The position numbers and the translations under genes were made by a program. DNA of 64,000 bases from Hypanus sabinus. Its lineage: Eukaryota. Positions within the stretch are counted from its first letter, which is position 1, and every line of letters begins with the position of its first letter. Location: contig NC_082734.1 of the NCBI RefSeq assembly GCF_030144855.1, positions 30,752,001-30,816,000 of the forward strand, read 5' to 3'. Positions 52,226 to 64,000 of the stretch are shown here, piece by piece. The notes beneath the pieces were generated by a model that saw only the letters and a program-made list of their open reading frames with translations, did not search any database and had not been told where the DNA came from.

Positions 52226-52699
52226 TAACAGTTCTTTGGAGTTAGCAAAGAAAATCCTTTTCTCATGTTAGCAATTCTTTGGATGGTGTTGCTGTTTCAG
52301 TCTAAGACAAAGGTCACTTAATCACCTAAAACAGAGGTAAACAGAGAACAGAGCATAATTAGTTCTGACACCCAACATTTACATGTTAGCAGGACAGATT
52401 GAGCCTTTAATATCTCAATACAAAAGAACAATCAGATCGAGGGATATTCCAGCTGCTCAAATAGAGCAGAATTTAATAATTTAGATAAGAGACGTTACTG
52501 AGATTAGGCAAGGAATATAAAGAATTTCCTGCCTTATCTCCACCTTTTGTCGAAACCAAAAAGGTGTGGAAAGTCAGGAGATATCCTGGGTCTGTGTGAG
52601 CTCTTATCTCATTCAAAAGAAGCAGCTGCTCAGACCAGAATACACAGGCAGTCGGTATTCCACCATAACCCATTATTTACAAAAACCTGAGAATCCCCC

Positions 52700-53240
52700 G
52701 ATTCCCTTAAAGCTTTATCAGCAAGACCCTACACCACACGCTGCACCCGTAAAGCTAACAGCATTACGAAGGACCCCACGCAGCCCTCACACAAACTCTT
52801 CTCCCTCCTGCCATCTGGCAAAAGGTACCAAAGTATTTGGGGGCTCTCACGACCAGACTGTGCAAGTTTCTTTCCCTAAGCCAACAGACTCCTCAATACC
52901 CAGTCTAGACTGACATCTACATCTTTTATTATTATACTGAAATTTGTCCTTTTATGTGCCTATTGTCTTGTTTATTATTTATTTATTAATTATTATAGTG
53001 CCCTGCACTGTTTTGTGCACTTTATGTAGTCCTGTGTAGGTCTGTAGGCTAGTGTAGTTTTTGTGTTGTTTTACGTAGTCTAGTGTAGCCTTGAGTTGTC
53101 TCACATAGTCTAATGTAGTTTTGTGTGGTTTCATTTAGCACCATGGTCCTGGAGGAACGTTGTTTCATTTTTACTATGTACTGTACCAGCAGTTTATGGT
53201 TAAAATGACAATAAGAAGCGACTTGACCTGACGACTTGAA
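52700..53240 (+). mobile_element. Rex1/Babar-type LINE 3' end
   Basis: ITKDPTQPSHKLFSLLPSGKRY-like frame; ~31-bp internal repeats; tail GACTTGACCTGAC. Confidence 0.65.
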
Positions 53241-54108
53241 CTGGTTGTATGAAGTTATGTTTTGACAGTCTACTGACCTGCACATTTAACTAGCGCTCTA
53301 CTGATTTGTATGTAGCTCTACAAATCTGATTTTAAAAACAGCAAGGGAAACAGTAATCAATCCTGATTTCCATCCAATGATGAAAAACTCTGAACTGCTT
53401 TTTGTTCCTCAGACAATTTGGAACATAAAATTAAGTTCATACAACTTTTGTTGCATGCTGAATATTCTCTCTCTGTCTTGGATTGTTCTAAGCTCTAAAT
53501 CCTGCCAACTACACCAAATGACAGATTTTGGTGTTTAAATACAAAGTCATTTTAGAAGTCAGGAACGAGGCATAAGTCTTGTTGGTTCACGATGGTTTTA
53601 TTCAAAGTTGATAGAACAAAGACAGGGGTCTGTTACTTGAAGAAGAAAGAGAAACTAAATATGGCGCCTAGCATAAAACAGCTACTTTTTATTCAAATCT
53701 ATAGATAATAATAAACCTGTTAGAAATCACTTGCAGTTAAAATTAACCAATTAGAAAACCTCACTTAATGAAGTACAAGCTTCAGAATTATACTTTGTAC
53801 AGCCACAAGAGGAATATTAAACTCTTATGAATGTAAAGACTACTTAAAATACAAGCAGATAATGAATTGTTAAACTGCAAAGAAAATGACCATAAAAACT
53901 GAACAATCGGATCCAACAGACTCTCAGGCCCTGTGCACTCAATCCACAGTGATAATGCATTCTGAAGCTCAGAGATTTCTGGGTAAGAACAGTGCCATTG
54001 AAAGTGTTTACAAGCATTGCCTCCCCAGTCAATATATTTTATGAAAACTCAGTTGCCAGTTTAACACAGCAAGCTCCCACAAGCAATATCCTCAATATAA
54101 ACAGGCAT

Positions 54109-54117
54109 TGTGTGTGT

Positions 54118-54158
<41 letters not shown>
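54109..54158. repeat. (TG)n microsatellite
   Basis: Directly visible, one interruption. Confidence 0.95.
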
Positions 54159-54159
<1 letters not shown>

Positions 54160-54635
54160 ACAGTCAAAGTCAACCTAATTGTTTTTTCTGTCATTCAGCT
54201 TCCAAATACTGCTACTCTGTCATTCACTGCCATCTACCCCATCCCATGCTCCAATTTTCTGTTCCTCATTACATGATCCTACCCCAACTTCTGTCCAGAG
54301 CCCCAAACTCTGCTCTGTGTTGACTCATCACTGGTTTCTGACCCTGCTCCACAGAACATCCAACTACTGGTTCTCCTTTCAGACTTCAGAGGACAGTGGT
54401 GTGTTCTAACAACCCAGCTCATTAGAAGCAGTGACAACAACCCATAACATTGATATTTGCAGAGAATAAGGAGATGAACTACCAAAGTCAATTCTTTTTC
54501 AGCACAGAGATGCAACGGATGAAGAACGTATCAGTCAGCTGGGCTTCTTCAGTCAGCAGGAAATCCAACCAACAGCCACTTTTGAACTTTCCTCTAGATT
54601 CGGCAACTGTGATGTTTAAATATCCAGCAGATTAT

Positions 54636-55829
54636 TTAAACATTTTTTCCAGTGTGAACTCGGTAGTGGACCACAAGGGTGGATGACCGAGTGAATCCCT
54701 TCCCACATTCAGAGCAGGTAAATGGCCTCTCCCCAGTATGAATTCTCTGATGTAGCTTCAGTTGAGATGACCGACTGAATCCCTTCCCACATTCCGAGCA
54801 GGTGAACGGCCTCTCCCCGGTGTGAATTGACTGGTGGGCATGTAGGGTGCATAACTGAGTGAATCCCTTCCTACACACAGAGCAAGTGAACGGCCTCTCC
54901 CCAGTGTGAACTCGCTGGTGTGTCTGCAGATTGGATAACACAGTAAATCCTTTCCCACATTCCGAGCAGGTGAATGGCCTCTCCCCTGTGTGAACTCGCT
55001 GATGATCCTTCAGTTGAGATGATTGTGTGAATCCCTTCCCACATTCTGAGCAGGTGAACGGCTTCTCCCCTGTGTGAACTGACTGGTGTGTCCGTAGGTG
55101 AGATGACCAAGTGAATCTCTTCCCACAGTCTGAGCAGGTGAATGGCCTCTCCCCAGTGTGAACTCGCTGATGTACCTTCAGTTGGGATGACTGAGTGAAT
55201 CCCTTCCCACAGTCTGAGCAGACGTACGGCCTCTCTCCTGTGTGAAATCGCTGATGTGTCTGTAGATGGGATGACAGAGTGAATCCCTTCCCACAGTCTG
55301 AGCAGACATACGGCCTCTCCCCAGTGTGAACTCGCTGATGTACCTTCAGGTGTGAGGACTGAGTGAATCCCTTCCCACAGTCTGAGCAGGTGAATGGCAT
55401 GTCCCCAGTGTGAACTCGCTGATGTACCTTCAGATTAGATGACCGAGTGAATCCCTTCCCACAGTCTGAGCAGGTGAACGGCCGCTCCCCAGTGTGAACT
55501 CGCTGGTGTGCCAATAGGTGGGATGACAAAGTGAATCCCTTCCCACATTCAGAGCAGGTGAATGGCCGCTCTCCAGTGTGAAGTCGCTGATGTACCTTCA
55601 GCTGGGATGACCAAGTGAATCCCTTCCCACAGTCTGAGCAGGTGAACGGCTTCTCCCCGGTGTGAACTCGCTGATGTGTCAGCAGGTGGGTCGACTGAGT
55701 AAATCCCTTCCCACATTCAGAACAGGTGTACGGCCTCTCCCCTGTGTGAACTCGCTGGTGTTTCAGCAAATCAGATGACCGAGTGAACCTCTTCCCACAC
55801 GTAGAACAGTTGAAGTGTCTCTCTCCCAT
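54636..55829 (-). CDS. Tandem C2H2 zinc-finger protein, 14 fingers (397 aa), no effector domain seen
   Basis: 14 CxxC-x12-HxxxH units joined by TGE(R/K)P(F/Y) linkers in one open frame. Confidence 0.88.
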   Translation of the reverse strand: MGERHFNCSTCGKRFTRSSDLLKHQRVHTGERPYTCSECGKGFTQSTHLLTHQRVHTGEKPFTCSDCGKGFTWSSQLKVHQRLHTGERPFTCSECGKGFTLSSHLLAHQRVHTGERPFTCSDCGKGFTRSSNLKVHQRVHTGDMPFTCSDCGKGFTQSSHLKVHQRVHTGERPYVCSDCGKGFTLSSHLQTHQRFHTGERPYVCSDCGKGFTQSSQLKVHQRVHTGERPFTCSDCGKRFTWSSHLRTHQSVHTGEKPFTCSECGKGFTQSSQLKDHQRVHTGERPFTCSECGKGFTVLSNLQTHQRVHTGERPFTCSVCRKGFTQLCTLHAHQSIHTGERPFTCSECGKGFSRSSQLKLHQRIHTGERPFTCSECGKGFTRSSTLVVHYRVHTGKNV

Positions 55830-56234
55830 GTGAACTCACTGGTGAGTCTGCAGGAGGACTGACGGAGTGAATCTCTTCCCACAGTCTGAGATGTACAGCC
55901 TCTCCCCAGTGTGAACTTCCTGTGTGTCAACAATCAGTTGACCAAATTAATCTCTTCCCACACATGGAATAGATGAAAGTATATCCGTAGGTGAGATGAT
56001 CAGTGATTTTTTTCTCCCCACACACACAACTCATGAACGGTCTCTCTCCCTTGTGAACTCACTGGTGTGTCTGCCAGTAGGCTGACTGAGTGTATCTCTT
56101 CCCAGACACACAACAGGTAAGTGGCCTCTCTCCCCACAGCGAACTCACTGCTGGGTCTGTGGGTCGGCTGAGTGAGTAAATCGCTTATTGTTGTGCTTGA
56201 AACTCCTGTACATAATTTTTCTGTTGTTTCTAAC
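55830..56234 (-). pseudogene. Degenerate zinc-finger repeats upstream of the ORF, probably the same exon
   Basis: [19 protein letters not shown] in frame; more frameshifted fingers; acceptor-like TCTTTTTACAG ending at 56235. Confidence 0.7.
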
Positions 56235-56959
56235 CTGTAAAAAGAATTACAAAAGACATCAATGGGTGAAGGCAGAATTTTAGATGAGATCATTCTATGA
56301 TGAGCTCTGACATCACACTGTTGAAGGAACAAATCGACCTTCTAACTGGGCCTGGATCAGGAATTTGGACTAACCATCAAATTCTCTGTTTTGTCTGTAT
56401 CAAAATGGGGCATTTCTACTCACCTTCAATCTGTGATGTGGCTCAGTTTGTCTCCCTCCATTAATATTATTTCAAGATCTAGTCATGTCCCACAGCGCTA
56501 CAAAGCGCACATGGTTGATCCTGGTGATTTTCTCATTGTTCTGACCCCCTGCCCTCTCAGGTGATTGATGGTGGTGATGTCATTGATGGCAATGCCAATG
56601 AATATGAAAGGGAGGGAAGTAGTCTTTCTCATTGGAGTGTCACACTTTTGTGATGTGAAAGCTACAGGTCACTTGTTACCCAGGACAAAGGTGTCTGATA
56701 GCATTATGTACCCAGAAAGAATGGGACAGAACATGTTCTCATAGGTAGAAAGGTCCAGAACAAGAGAAGGTAGAACAAAGGTCATTTTCTCAAGAACTGA
56801 AACTGTTGGGAAGATGTTATTTTTCCCATCCAGCACTAATTGGCATTTTCATTGACTGGAAGGTGGACTCTTCCTCCAAAATTAACTCGGAACTACATTT
56901 TTGTTTCGAATTCCATAATTCTCGGATTTAGATTGCTTGTGCTTTGTAGTGTCTGAGAG

Positions 56960-57400
56960 ATCCATCTGCCGGCGCTTCCAATCATGCCCGACAGACTAGC
57001 CGGGAAGGCCATGGCTGCCTCTATACCCAGAAACCCCCAGAACGAGATACACGTCTATCCGTCAATGTACCGGCGATGCGCGTGCGCTGTAGCCTATCAG
57101 CAGAAAATGTCCCCTCGGCCCGTGGCGCTGACAGAGAGCGAAAAGACCGGGACTGTCGAGGATTTGCGGTGCCACTCGGTGTCCAGAGCTCACAGTAATT
57201 GACCCCCAAAGTCGGTGCGGACACCGGCTCCAATGAAACCGCCGCCCGGAGCCCCGCTCCTACCTGCTGCCGATGCGCCAAAGCCCGCTGTCCACTCTGC
57301 GCATGCGTGAGATTCGGGCTCGTCCGTGACCTGCACGCTTGCGCATTTGAGCGAAGGGTCACTGACGGTCAATTCCAAACGCGGAGGCAAGGTGCCCGTA
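56960..57400 (-). promoter_or_regulatory. CpG-island promoter / first exon of the zinc-finger gene
   Basis: CpG-rich; NRF1-like TGCGCATGCG 57298-57307 and related GCGC motifs; donor-like GTGAG near 57193. Confidence 0.65.
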
Positions 57401-57797
57401 ATTGTGTCTACAGGTTCTGTGCCACATGCTTCAAAGACAGTCAAAACTGTTACTTTAATGCAGTAATCTCCCACAATAAATACAGTCAACATCAGCAGGC
57501 ATTTCGTGTGTCACAGGCACAAGAAAATCTGCAGATGCTAGAAATCCAAAGCAACACATACAGAATGCTGGAGAAAATCAGCAGGCCCGACAGAATCTGT
57601 GGACAAGAGTAAAAGCAGCCGACGGTTCGCGCTGAGACCCTTTATCGGGACTGGAAAGGAGATAGGTGAAACCAACCAGGGTGTAGAGAAGAGCTGGGAA
57701 GTTGATTGGTGGAAGAGATAAAGGACTGGAAAAGATGGTATCTGGTAGAAGGCGGACGATCGTGGAGGAAAAGGAAAGGGAGAGGAGTACCAGAGGG

Positions 57798-60534
57798 CAG
57801 AGCCGGATTAACCTAGTAGCAAAAGTAGCATAGACTACGGGCCCCGCCCGCACTAAATGCTTGCAAACTGCAGTCTGGTGAAATCGTCATTCTCACCGTA
57901 TTCTCACGACTGATAGAGTGAGTTTTGGGCAGACGATTCATTTACACTTAAATAATTTCAATAGACAATAGGTGCAGAAGTAGACCATTCGGCCCCTCGA
58001 GCCTGCACCGCCATTTTGAGATCATGGCTGATCATCTACTATCCATACCCGGTTCCTGCCTTTCCCCATATCCCTTGATTCCCCTATCCATAAGATACCT
58101 ATCTAGCTCCTTTTTGAAAGCATCCAGAGAATTGGCCTCCACTGCCTTCCGAGGCAGTGCGTTCCAGACCCCCACAATTCTCTGGGAGAAGACGTTTTTC
58201 CTTAACTCTGTCCTAAATGACCTACCCCTTATTCTCAAACCATGCCCTCTGGTACTGGACACTCCCAGCATCTGGAATATATTTCCTGCCTCTATTTTGT
58301 ACAATCCCTTAATAATCTTATATGTTGCAATCAGATCCCTTCTCAATCTCCTTAATTCCAGTGTGTACAAGCCCAGTCTCTCTAACCTCTCTGCGTAAGA
58401 CAGTCCAGACATCCCAGGAATTAACCTCGTGAATCTACGCTGCACTTCCTCTACAGCCAGGATGTCCTTCCTTAACCCTGGAGACCAAAACTGTACACAA
58501 CACTCCAGGTGTGGTCTCACCAGGGCCCTGTACAAATGCAAGAGGATTTCCTTGCTCTTGTACTCAATTCCCTTTGTAATAAAGGCCAACATTCCATTAG
58601 CCTTCTTCACTGCCTGCTGCACTTGCTCATTCACCTTCAGTGACTGATGAACAAGGACTCCGAGATCTCTTTGTATTTCTCCCTTACCCAACCCTGCACC
58701 GTTCAGATAATAATCTGCCTTCCTGTTCTTACTCCCAAAGTGGATAACCTCACACTTATTCACATTAAACGTCATCTGCCAAGTATCTGCCCACTCACCC
58801 ACCCTATCCAAGTCACCCTGAATTCTCCTAACATCCTCATCACATGTCACACTGCCACCCAGCTTAGTATCATCAGCAAACTTGCTGATGTTATTCTCAA
58901 TGTCTTCATCTAAATCGTTGACATAAATCGTAAACAGCTGTGGTCCCAGTACCGTGGCACCCCACTAGTCACCACCTGCCATTCCGAGAAACACCCATTC
59001 ACCGCTACCCTTTGCTTTCTTCTGCCAACCAGTTTTCTATCCATGTCAATGTCTTCCACCGAAAGCCATGAGATTTGATTTTACCCACCAATCTCCTATG
59101 TAGGACCTTATCAAATGCCTTCTGAAAATCGAGGTACACTACATCCACTGGATCTCCCCCGTCTAACTTCCTGGTTACATCCTATAAAAACTCCAATAGA
59201 TTAGTCAAGCATGATTTACCCTTGGTAAATCCATGCTGGCTCAGCCCAATCCTGTCACTGCTATCTAGATATGCCACTATTTCATCTTTAGTAATGGACT
59301 CTAGCATCTTCCCCACTACTGATGTTAGGCTTACAGGTCGATAGTTCTCTGTTTTCTCCCTCCTTTCTTAAAAAGTGGGATAACATTAGCCATTCTCCAA
59401 TCCTCAGGAACTGATCCTGAATCTAAGGAACATTGGAAAATGATTACCAATGCATCCGCAATTTCCAGGGCCACCTCCTTTAGTGCCCTAGGATGCAGGC
59501 CATCTGGACCTGGGGATTTGTCAGCCTTCAGTCCCATCAGTCTACTCATCACCGTTTTCTTCCTAATGTCAATCTGTTTCATTTCCTCTGTTACCCTATG
59601 TCCTTGGCCCATCCATACATCTGGGAGATTGCTTGTGTCTTCCTTAGTGAAGACAGATCTAAAGTACTTATTAAATTGTTCTGCCATTTCTCTGTTTCCC
59701 ATAACAATTTCACCCAATTCATTCTTCAAGGGCCCAACGTTGTTCTTAACTATCTTCAGCCATCAGTCTTCTGTTCTTTGACAAAGCACTGTGGATTCAG
59801 TTCATAACAATGCATTTCCTAAAAGCTGTGAACGCAGTTTCATTCTGATGATACAATTTACTTTGCACATTTGAGTTTGCTTCGGAAAACAAACTGAGAC
59901 TGACAGCTCCAGCTCCCGGTCACAGTCCGTCCTTAGACACACTCACAGCCAATCAGCGGTTACCGCTGGGAGAATCATGCTCTAATTGGCTGAGGAGTGT
60001 CAGTGGGCACTGAGGTGAGGTGTGCGCTCGGAGCAATCTTTGGAGAGGCCGGAGATTGGAAGCTGCACTTCGGGTAAAGGCTGCAGCACCGGCCGGGGTC
60101 TAGTTGCGCATCTATTTGTCACTTAAGGTTACCAAATGCAGTGGAGAACGCTCATTTTCAATACTGAAAAGAATTTAAAATGAACTATGGAGCACCATGG
60201 GTCAAAACAGATTGAACAATCTTACTCAGATTGAAGATGAACTGCGTGAAATAGCCTTTTCCAGTATCATCAACAAATTTGCTCATGCTAAATCTAGAAA
60301 ATCTGACTTTTAAATTGTAGTTTTGTTACTTTTGACATTTGAAATTGATACCTACATGTTAAGTAATACTATTACTGAAGTGTCGGACATTTGTATAATC
60401 TGGCTGTATAGCAAATGAAAAACTTCAATTACTTTACTATGCAAGTAATTAATTTGTTTTAAAACTTACGTGCATGTTTTTAAATTTAGGGCCCCTTTAT
60501 AAGATATGCTACAGGCCCCGCAGATCCGACCCTG
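57798..60534 (+). mobile_element. hAT (Tip100/ZMYM1-like) DNA transposon deletion derivative
   Basis: TIRs CAGAGCCGGAT / ATCCGACCCTG; 8-bp TSD CCAGAGGG / CCAGAAGG; 60113-60313 reads YLSLKVTKCSGERSFSILKRI*NELWSTMGQNRLNNL...IINKFAHAKSRK (hATC dimerisation domain). Confidence 0.85.
57960..59757 (-). mobile_element. 5'-truncated CR1, same subfamily as 31700-35544
   Basis: ORFs 59331-59729 and 58032-58850 are near-identical to the 33.7-35.4 kb translation. Confidence 0.95.
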
Positions 60535-61239
60535 CCAGAAGGAGATGATGGGCCAGTCAGGATATAAGATGAAAGAGGGAAACAGGAATGGGGAAGTGAA
60601 AGAGAAGGAGGAGGGGACAGATACCCAAAGTTCAAGAATTCGATGCTCTTGCCACCAGGTTGGAGGCTAACCAGACAGGATATAAGGTGTTTCTCCTCCA
60701 ACCTGATGGCATGGACATCTCATAACTTAGAGGAGTGGTTTAGAACAAACCAGCAGTGTGAAGTGCAACCCTTTGAAATCAGTGAAAACAACCCAAAACA
60801 TCAAAAAGAGCAGGGAAGAAGTTGTTTACCCAGAATATTGTCCCTTCGCCCAGAGCCCTGAGGAAAGAGGAATATTTGAGACAAAACCCCAGTGAAATGG
60901 TCTTCTGCTCTCTGCAGAAAGTCGTAGAGGAAACTTTAGGGAATCTAACAGAGTGGAGACCAGTTGTAACCTGTCATCACAGGGAGAGTGGGAGGTGAAC
61001 AGCAGGGGTGGGTTTAAAAATAATGGAACAGAAACACAGTCAGTGACTAGTTGGACTGGGTGGCCCCTCTACTGCACAATGGGTGCGTGACAGAGACAGA
61101 CAGCAGAACAAACCCCTCCAATGCTCAGTGACCAGGGTTCAGTCCTGGACCTGATAAGCAGCCTACAGAATCTGACATTAACAATCGGTCAGGAACTTAC
61201 AAGTGGATTCAGTCACTAAGATAACATGAATCTTATTTG

Positions 61240-61520
61240 AACTTACTTCCTGGTGTGAAGTTGCTGGTGGGATGGTTGAGTAAATCTTTTTGCTCACTCA
61301 CAGAGGTGTTGCTTCTACTTAATGTGAACTCACTGAAACCTCACTAAGTGGGATAATGGAATGAATCCTTTCCCATACATGGAGCATGTGTACAGTTCCT
61401 CTCCTGAGGGCACACTGGCTGGTGTTTCAGGTGACTGAATGTATCCCATGCCACACTTGGAATAATTGAATGGTCTCTCCCCAGTGTAAACTCTCTAGTG
61501 TTTCTGCAGATCGCAAGCCT
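61240..61520 (-). pseudogene. Degenerate C2H2 zinc-finger relic
   Basis: GTTTACACTGGGGAGAGACCATTC (VYTGERPF), TGCTCCATGTATGGGAAAGGATTC. Confidence 0.6.
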
Positions 61521-61744
61521 GGATGAAAGCAGGTGCATGTTCTCAGCTGGGATGAGATTTGACTTCCTGTTCCAAGGACCGATAACTGTAGGAGCCGTGG
61601 ACCTTAACTTCTGTCTGTATTGTATTTTGTGCTTATGGGCATTTGTCACGTGAGTTGGGGTGTGATAGAAGCAAATGAGTACAGTTACATATTCTCGCTT
61701 TCTCTCAGTCGGTTTAGTCTAGTTGAGAGTTAGAGACAACCGGG

Positions 61745-61965
61745 GGATGATCCCACCACTGCCCGTATGGAGTTTGTACATTCTCCCTGTGGTTGCGTGG
61801 TTTTCTCTGGTGCTCCAATTTCCTCCCACAATCAAAGCCATACCAGTTGGTAGGTTAATTGCTCATTGTAAATTGTCCTGAGATTAGGTTGGGATTAAAT
61901 TGTGGGATTGCAGGACATGGCAGTTCAAAGGGCCCGAGGGGCCTAATCCACACTGCATCTCAATA
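61745..61965 (+). mobile_element. V-SINE (HE1-like) fragment
   Basis: Core GGAGTTTGTACATTCTCCCTGTG..TGCGTGG.TTTC.CTGGTGCTCC..TTTCCTCCCACA..CAAAG; A-rich end. Confidence 0.75.
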
Positions 61966-62204
61966 AAGAAGAGTTTATTTTTTGTTCTCTGCTAAATATG
62001 CTTATTTATCACTTTCACTTAATTATACTAATTGGGACACATACCATTAATTTCAGTTTTGTTAGCTTTTGTCGTTGTAAATTGCTCATCTTGGCTGCTT
62101 TGATAATAAAGGATCGATCGTACATTTTTTGACTTGGAACTCAGTTAACTGGAAGCAGGTCACACAGTGTCAACTCCCATTCTCAGCCTCAGCAGTTCTG
62201 CAAA

Positions 62205-62345
62205 TACGAGGAAATCTGCAGATGCTGGAAATTCAAGAAACACACACAAAATGCTGGTGGAACACAGCAGGCCAGGCAGCATCTCTACAATCTGTACTTT
62301 TTCCTATGTATGCTGCGTTCCACCAGCATTTTGTGTGTGTTGCTC
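62205..62345. repeat. Fold-back of two inverted PLE terminal repeats
   Basis: ACACACACAAAATGCTGGTGGAAC 62240-62263 and its exact complement 62317-62340. Confidence 0.85.
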
Positions 62346-63229
62346 AGCAGTTTTGGTTTGTTTTCAAGTAACTGCAATATTTTGTCAACAAAAAAGTAGT
62401 TACTCCGAATGAATACCTGTCTACGGCAAACGATAGCCCTGGACCTGTTGGCGAAATTGGAATCACAACACTTGAGAAGACCGGGCACATCAGCAACTGG
62501 AGCAGATTGTGGTCAGATGATCCTCAAACTTTTGTTGATTCATGCTGTGTTTTTGGTCAGCGCTGCCTGTCCATTGGGGGCCATCACTCAATTGCACGGT
62601 GTTTGCCTGAGGGTTCGTTGCTTTGCTCTATTGAAGTTTCGAAACATGGTCCTGGTTGCCGATATTTGAACTAAACACTGTTTGTTTGGCCTGGTTTAAA
62701 CTCTGTGGATGAGCGGTCAGTTTGTTTCCTAGGTTTATTGAGCAGGATATCGCCAGTGTGTTTTGCATATGTGCTGCGGGGGAACAAAGAGTTAATTGCA
62801 AGAGGCTCGATAAGGAGAAAGTAACCTGAGTGAATAGAAGCATGACACTGTCGTCAATTACCTTGAAATTGGGGTTTACAAAAGAGAAATTAAACTTAAT
62901 TCGAAAGCTTTAGCAAATAGAATCAAAAGTCTTCAAAAAGTGTATATATGTAAAACAAATGTGAACAAAATTAAAGGATGAAAACAACTAATTAAAGATT
63001 TTATAGGAAATAAGGAAAACAATTTACAAGTGCTATCTTGACTTGGGGACTCGACCAATCACTGTGAAGCTGTTGCTAAGCAACATTACGTGCTAATCCC
63101 ATTATTTCCCAAGGGCAAACGGGGGAAAGCAAAATTGTTGTTTTTTAAACATTTTAGCCTTAGTACTGCTTTCATAGAGCATATGAAACAATGGTTGACT
63201 CAGATGTGTTCTAATGAAAGTCATGTTTC

Positions 63230-64000
63230 TTCAGATTTTAAACAGTATAAGTTGAATGTAGATATCAGAACACTGGAATGTGATTCTGGAGAGGTAGTAA
63301 TGAATGAGGAAGTGGTGGATGAGCTGAATACTGAGAATTTTGCATCAGTCTTCTCGGTAGAAGACACTAGCAGTATGCCTGAAGTTCGAAAGTGTTAAGG
63401 CAGAAGTGAGCAAAGTTACCTTTACTAGGGAGAAGTTGCTTGGGAATGGTCTGCACCCTAGGGTTCCAAAAGAGGTGGCTGAAGAGATTGTCAAAGCACC
63501 AGTAAATGAACTTTTGAGAATCAAAGGATTCTGGCATGGTCCAGATCATAGGGAAATTGCAAAAGTCTCTTCAAAAAGGAAATTATGGGCCAATTGGCCT
63601 GAAGTCAGTGGTTGGGAAGTCATTGGAGTCAATTGTTAAGGATGATGTTTCAGGGTACTTGGAGGGAGATGATTACATGGGCCAAAATCACATGGTTTTC
63701 TTCAAGGAAAATCTTGTCTGACACATCTTTGAAGAAATAACAAGGAGGACAGACAAACAATAACAGTTGTAAGTTGTGTACTTGGATTTTAATAAGTCCT
63801 TTGACAAGGTGCCGCATATGAGGCTGCTGAATAAGTTAAGGGCCCATGGTATTTCAGGAAAGGTCCTAGCATGGATAGAGCATTGGCTGATTGACAGGAG
63901 GCAAAGAGTGTGAATAATAGGAGGCTTCTCTAGTTGGCTACTGGTGACTTGTAGACTTTTACAGGGCTCCATGTTGTGACCACTCTGTTATATGTCAATG
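63230..64000 (+). mobile_element. Degenerate CR1 ORF2 fragment
   Basis: FASVFSVEDTS, GLHPRVPKEVAEEI, VVYLDFNKSFDKVPH. Confidence 0.85.

Larger units (their letters stand above)
57520..60710 (-). mobile_element. Penelope-like 3' fragment split by the hAT insertion (57520-57797 and 60535-60710)
   Basis: Both halves are collinear with 48760-49240 across the TSD. Confidence 0.75.

Noticed and set aside
52230-53900. Possible continuation of the ERV (CWVS-like peptide near 52370; LTR-like stretch from about 53580 with TGGCGCC)
   Set aside because: Motifs too short, strands inconsistent, no TSD or convincing primer-binding site
54636-55829. 84-bp periodic repeats resembling a CRISPR or minisatellite array
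   Set aside because: Explained entirely by 28-aa C2H2 finger repeats

Overview
Vertebrate genomic DNA, very probably a cartilaginous fish such as a ray (inferred from the HE1/V-SINE, esterase-type CR1 families, Penelope-like terminal repeats and CSDCGKGFT zinc-finger arrays). The window is part of a replication-dependent histone cluster embedded in dense, nested transposon debris. Positions 1-19.7 kb hold about 2.5 tandem copies of a convergent H2B(+)/H2A(-) unit encoding non-canonical H2A and H2B proteins. One H2A carries a nonsense codon at codon 4, two degraded minus-strand H2B pseudogenes are present, and both H2B genes are hard-masked by identical 131-nt N runs. H1 (39610-40233) and H3.2 (41701-42111) follow with their stem-loops; no H4 is seen. 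A 14-finger C2H2 zinc-finger gene (54636-55829, -) has a CpG promoter, and two zinc-finger relics lie elsewhere. Mobile DNA includes many CR1 LINEs (one essentially full length), Rex1/Babar fragments, three solo LTRs, a Penelope-like element with hammerhead-ribozyme motifs, Tc1-type MITEs, a hAT relic with TIRs and 8-bp TSD, a V-SINE and a gamma-type ERV env relic. Most notable: the amplified variant H2A/H2B pair, an inverted copy of the H2A promoter downstream of every H2A, a shared E2F/CDE-CHR module in the histone promoters, and a T-TTA-AAC slippery heptamer at the CR1 ORF1 stop, with ORF2 exactly in the -1 frame in the best-preserved junction. Repeat boundaries were set by eye and are approximate unless TSDs are given.
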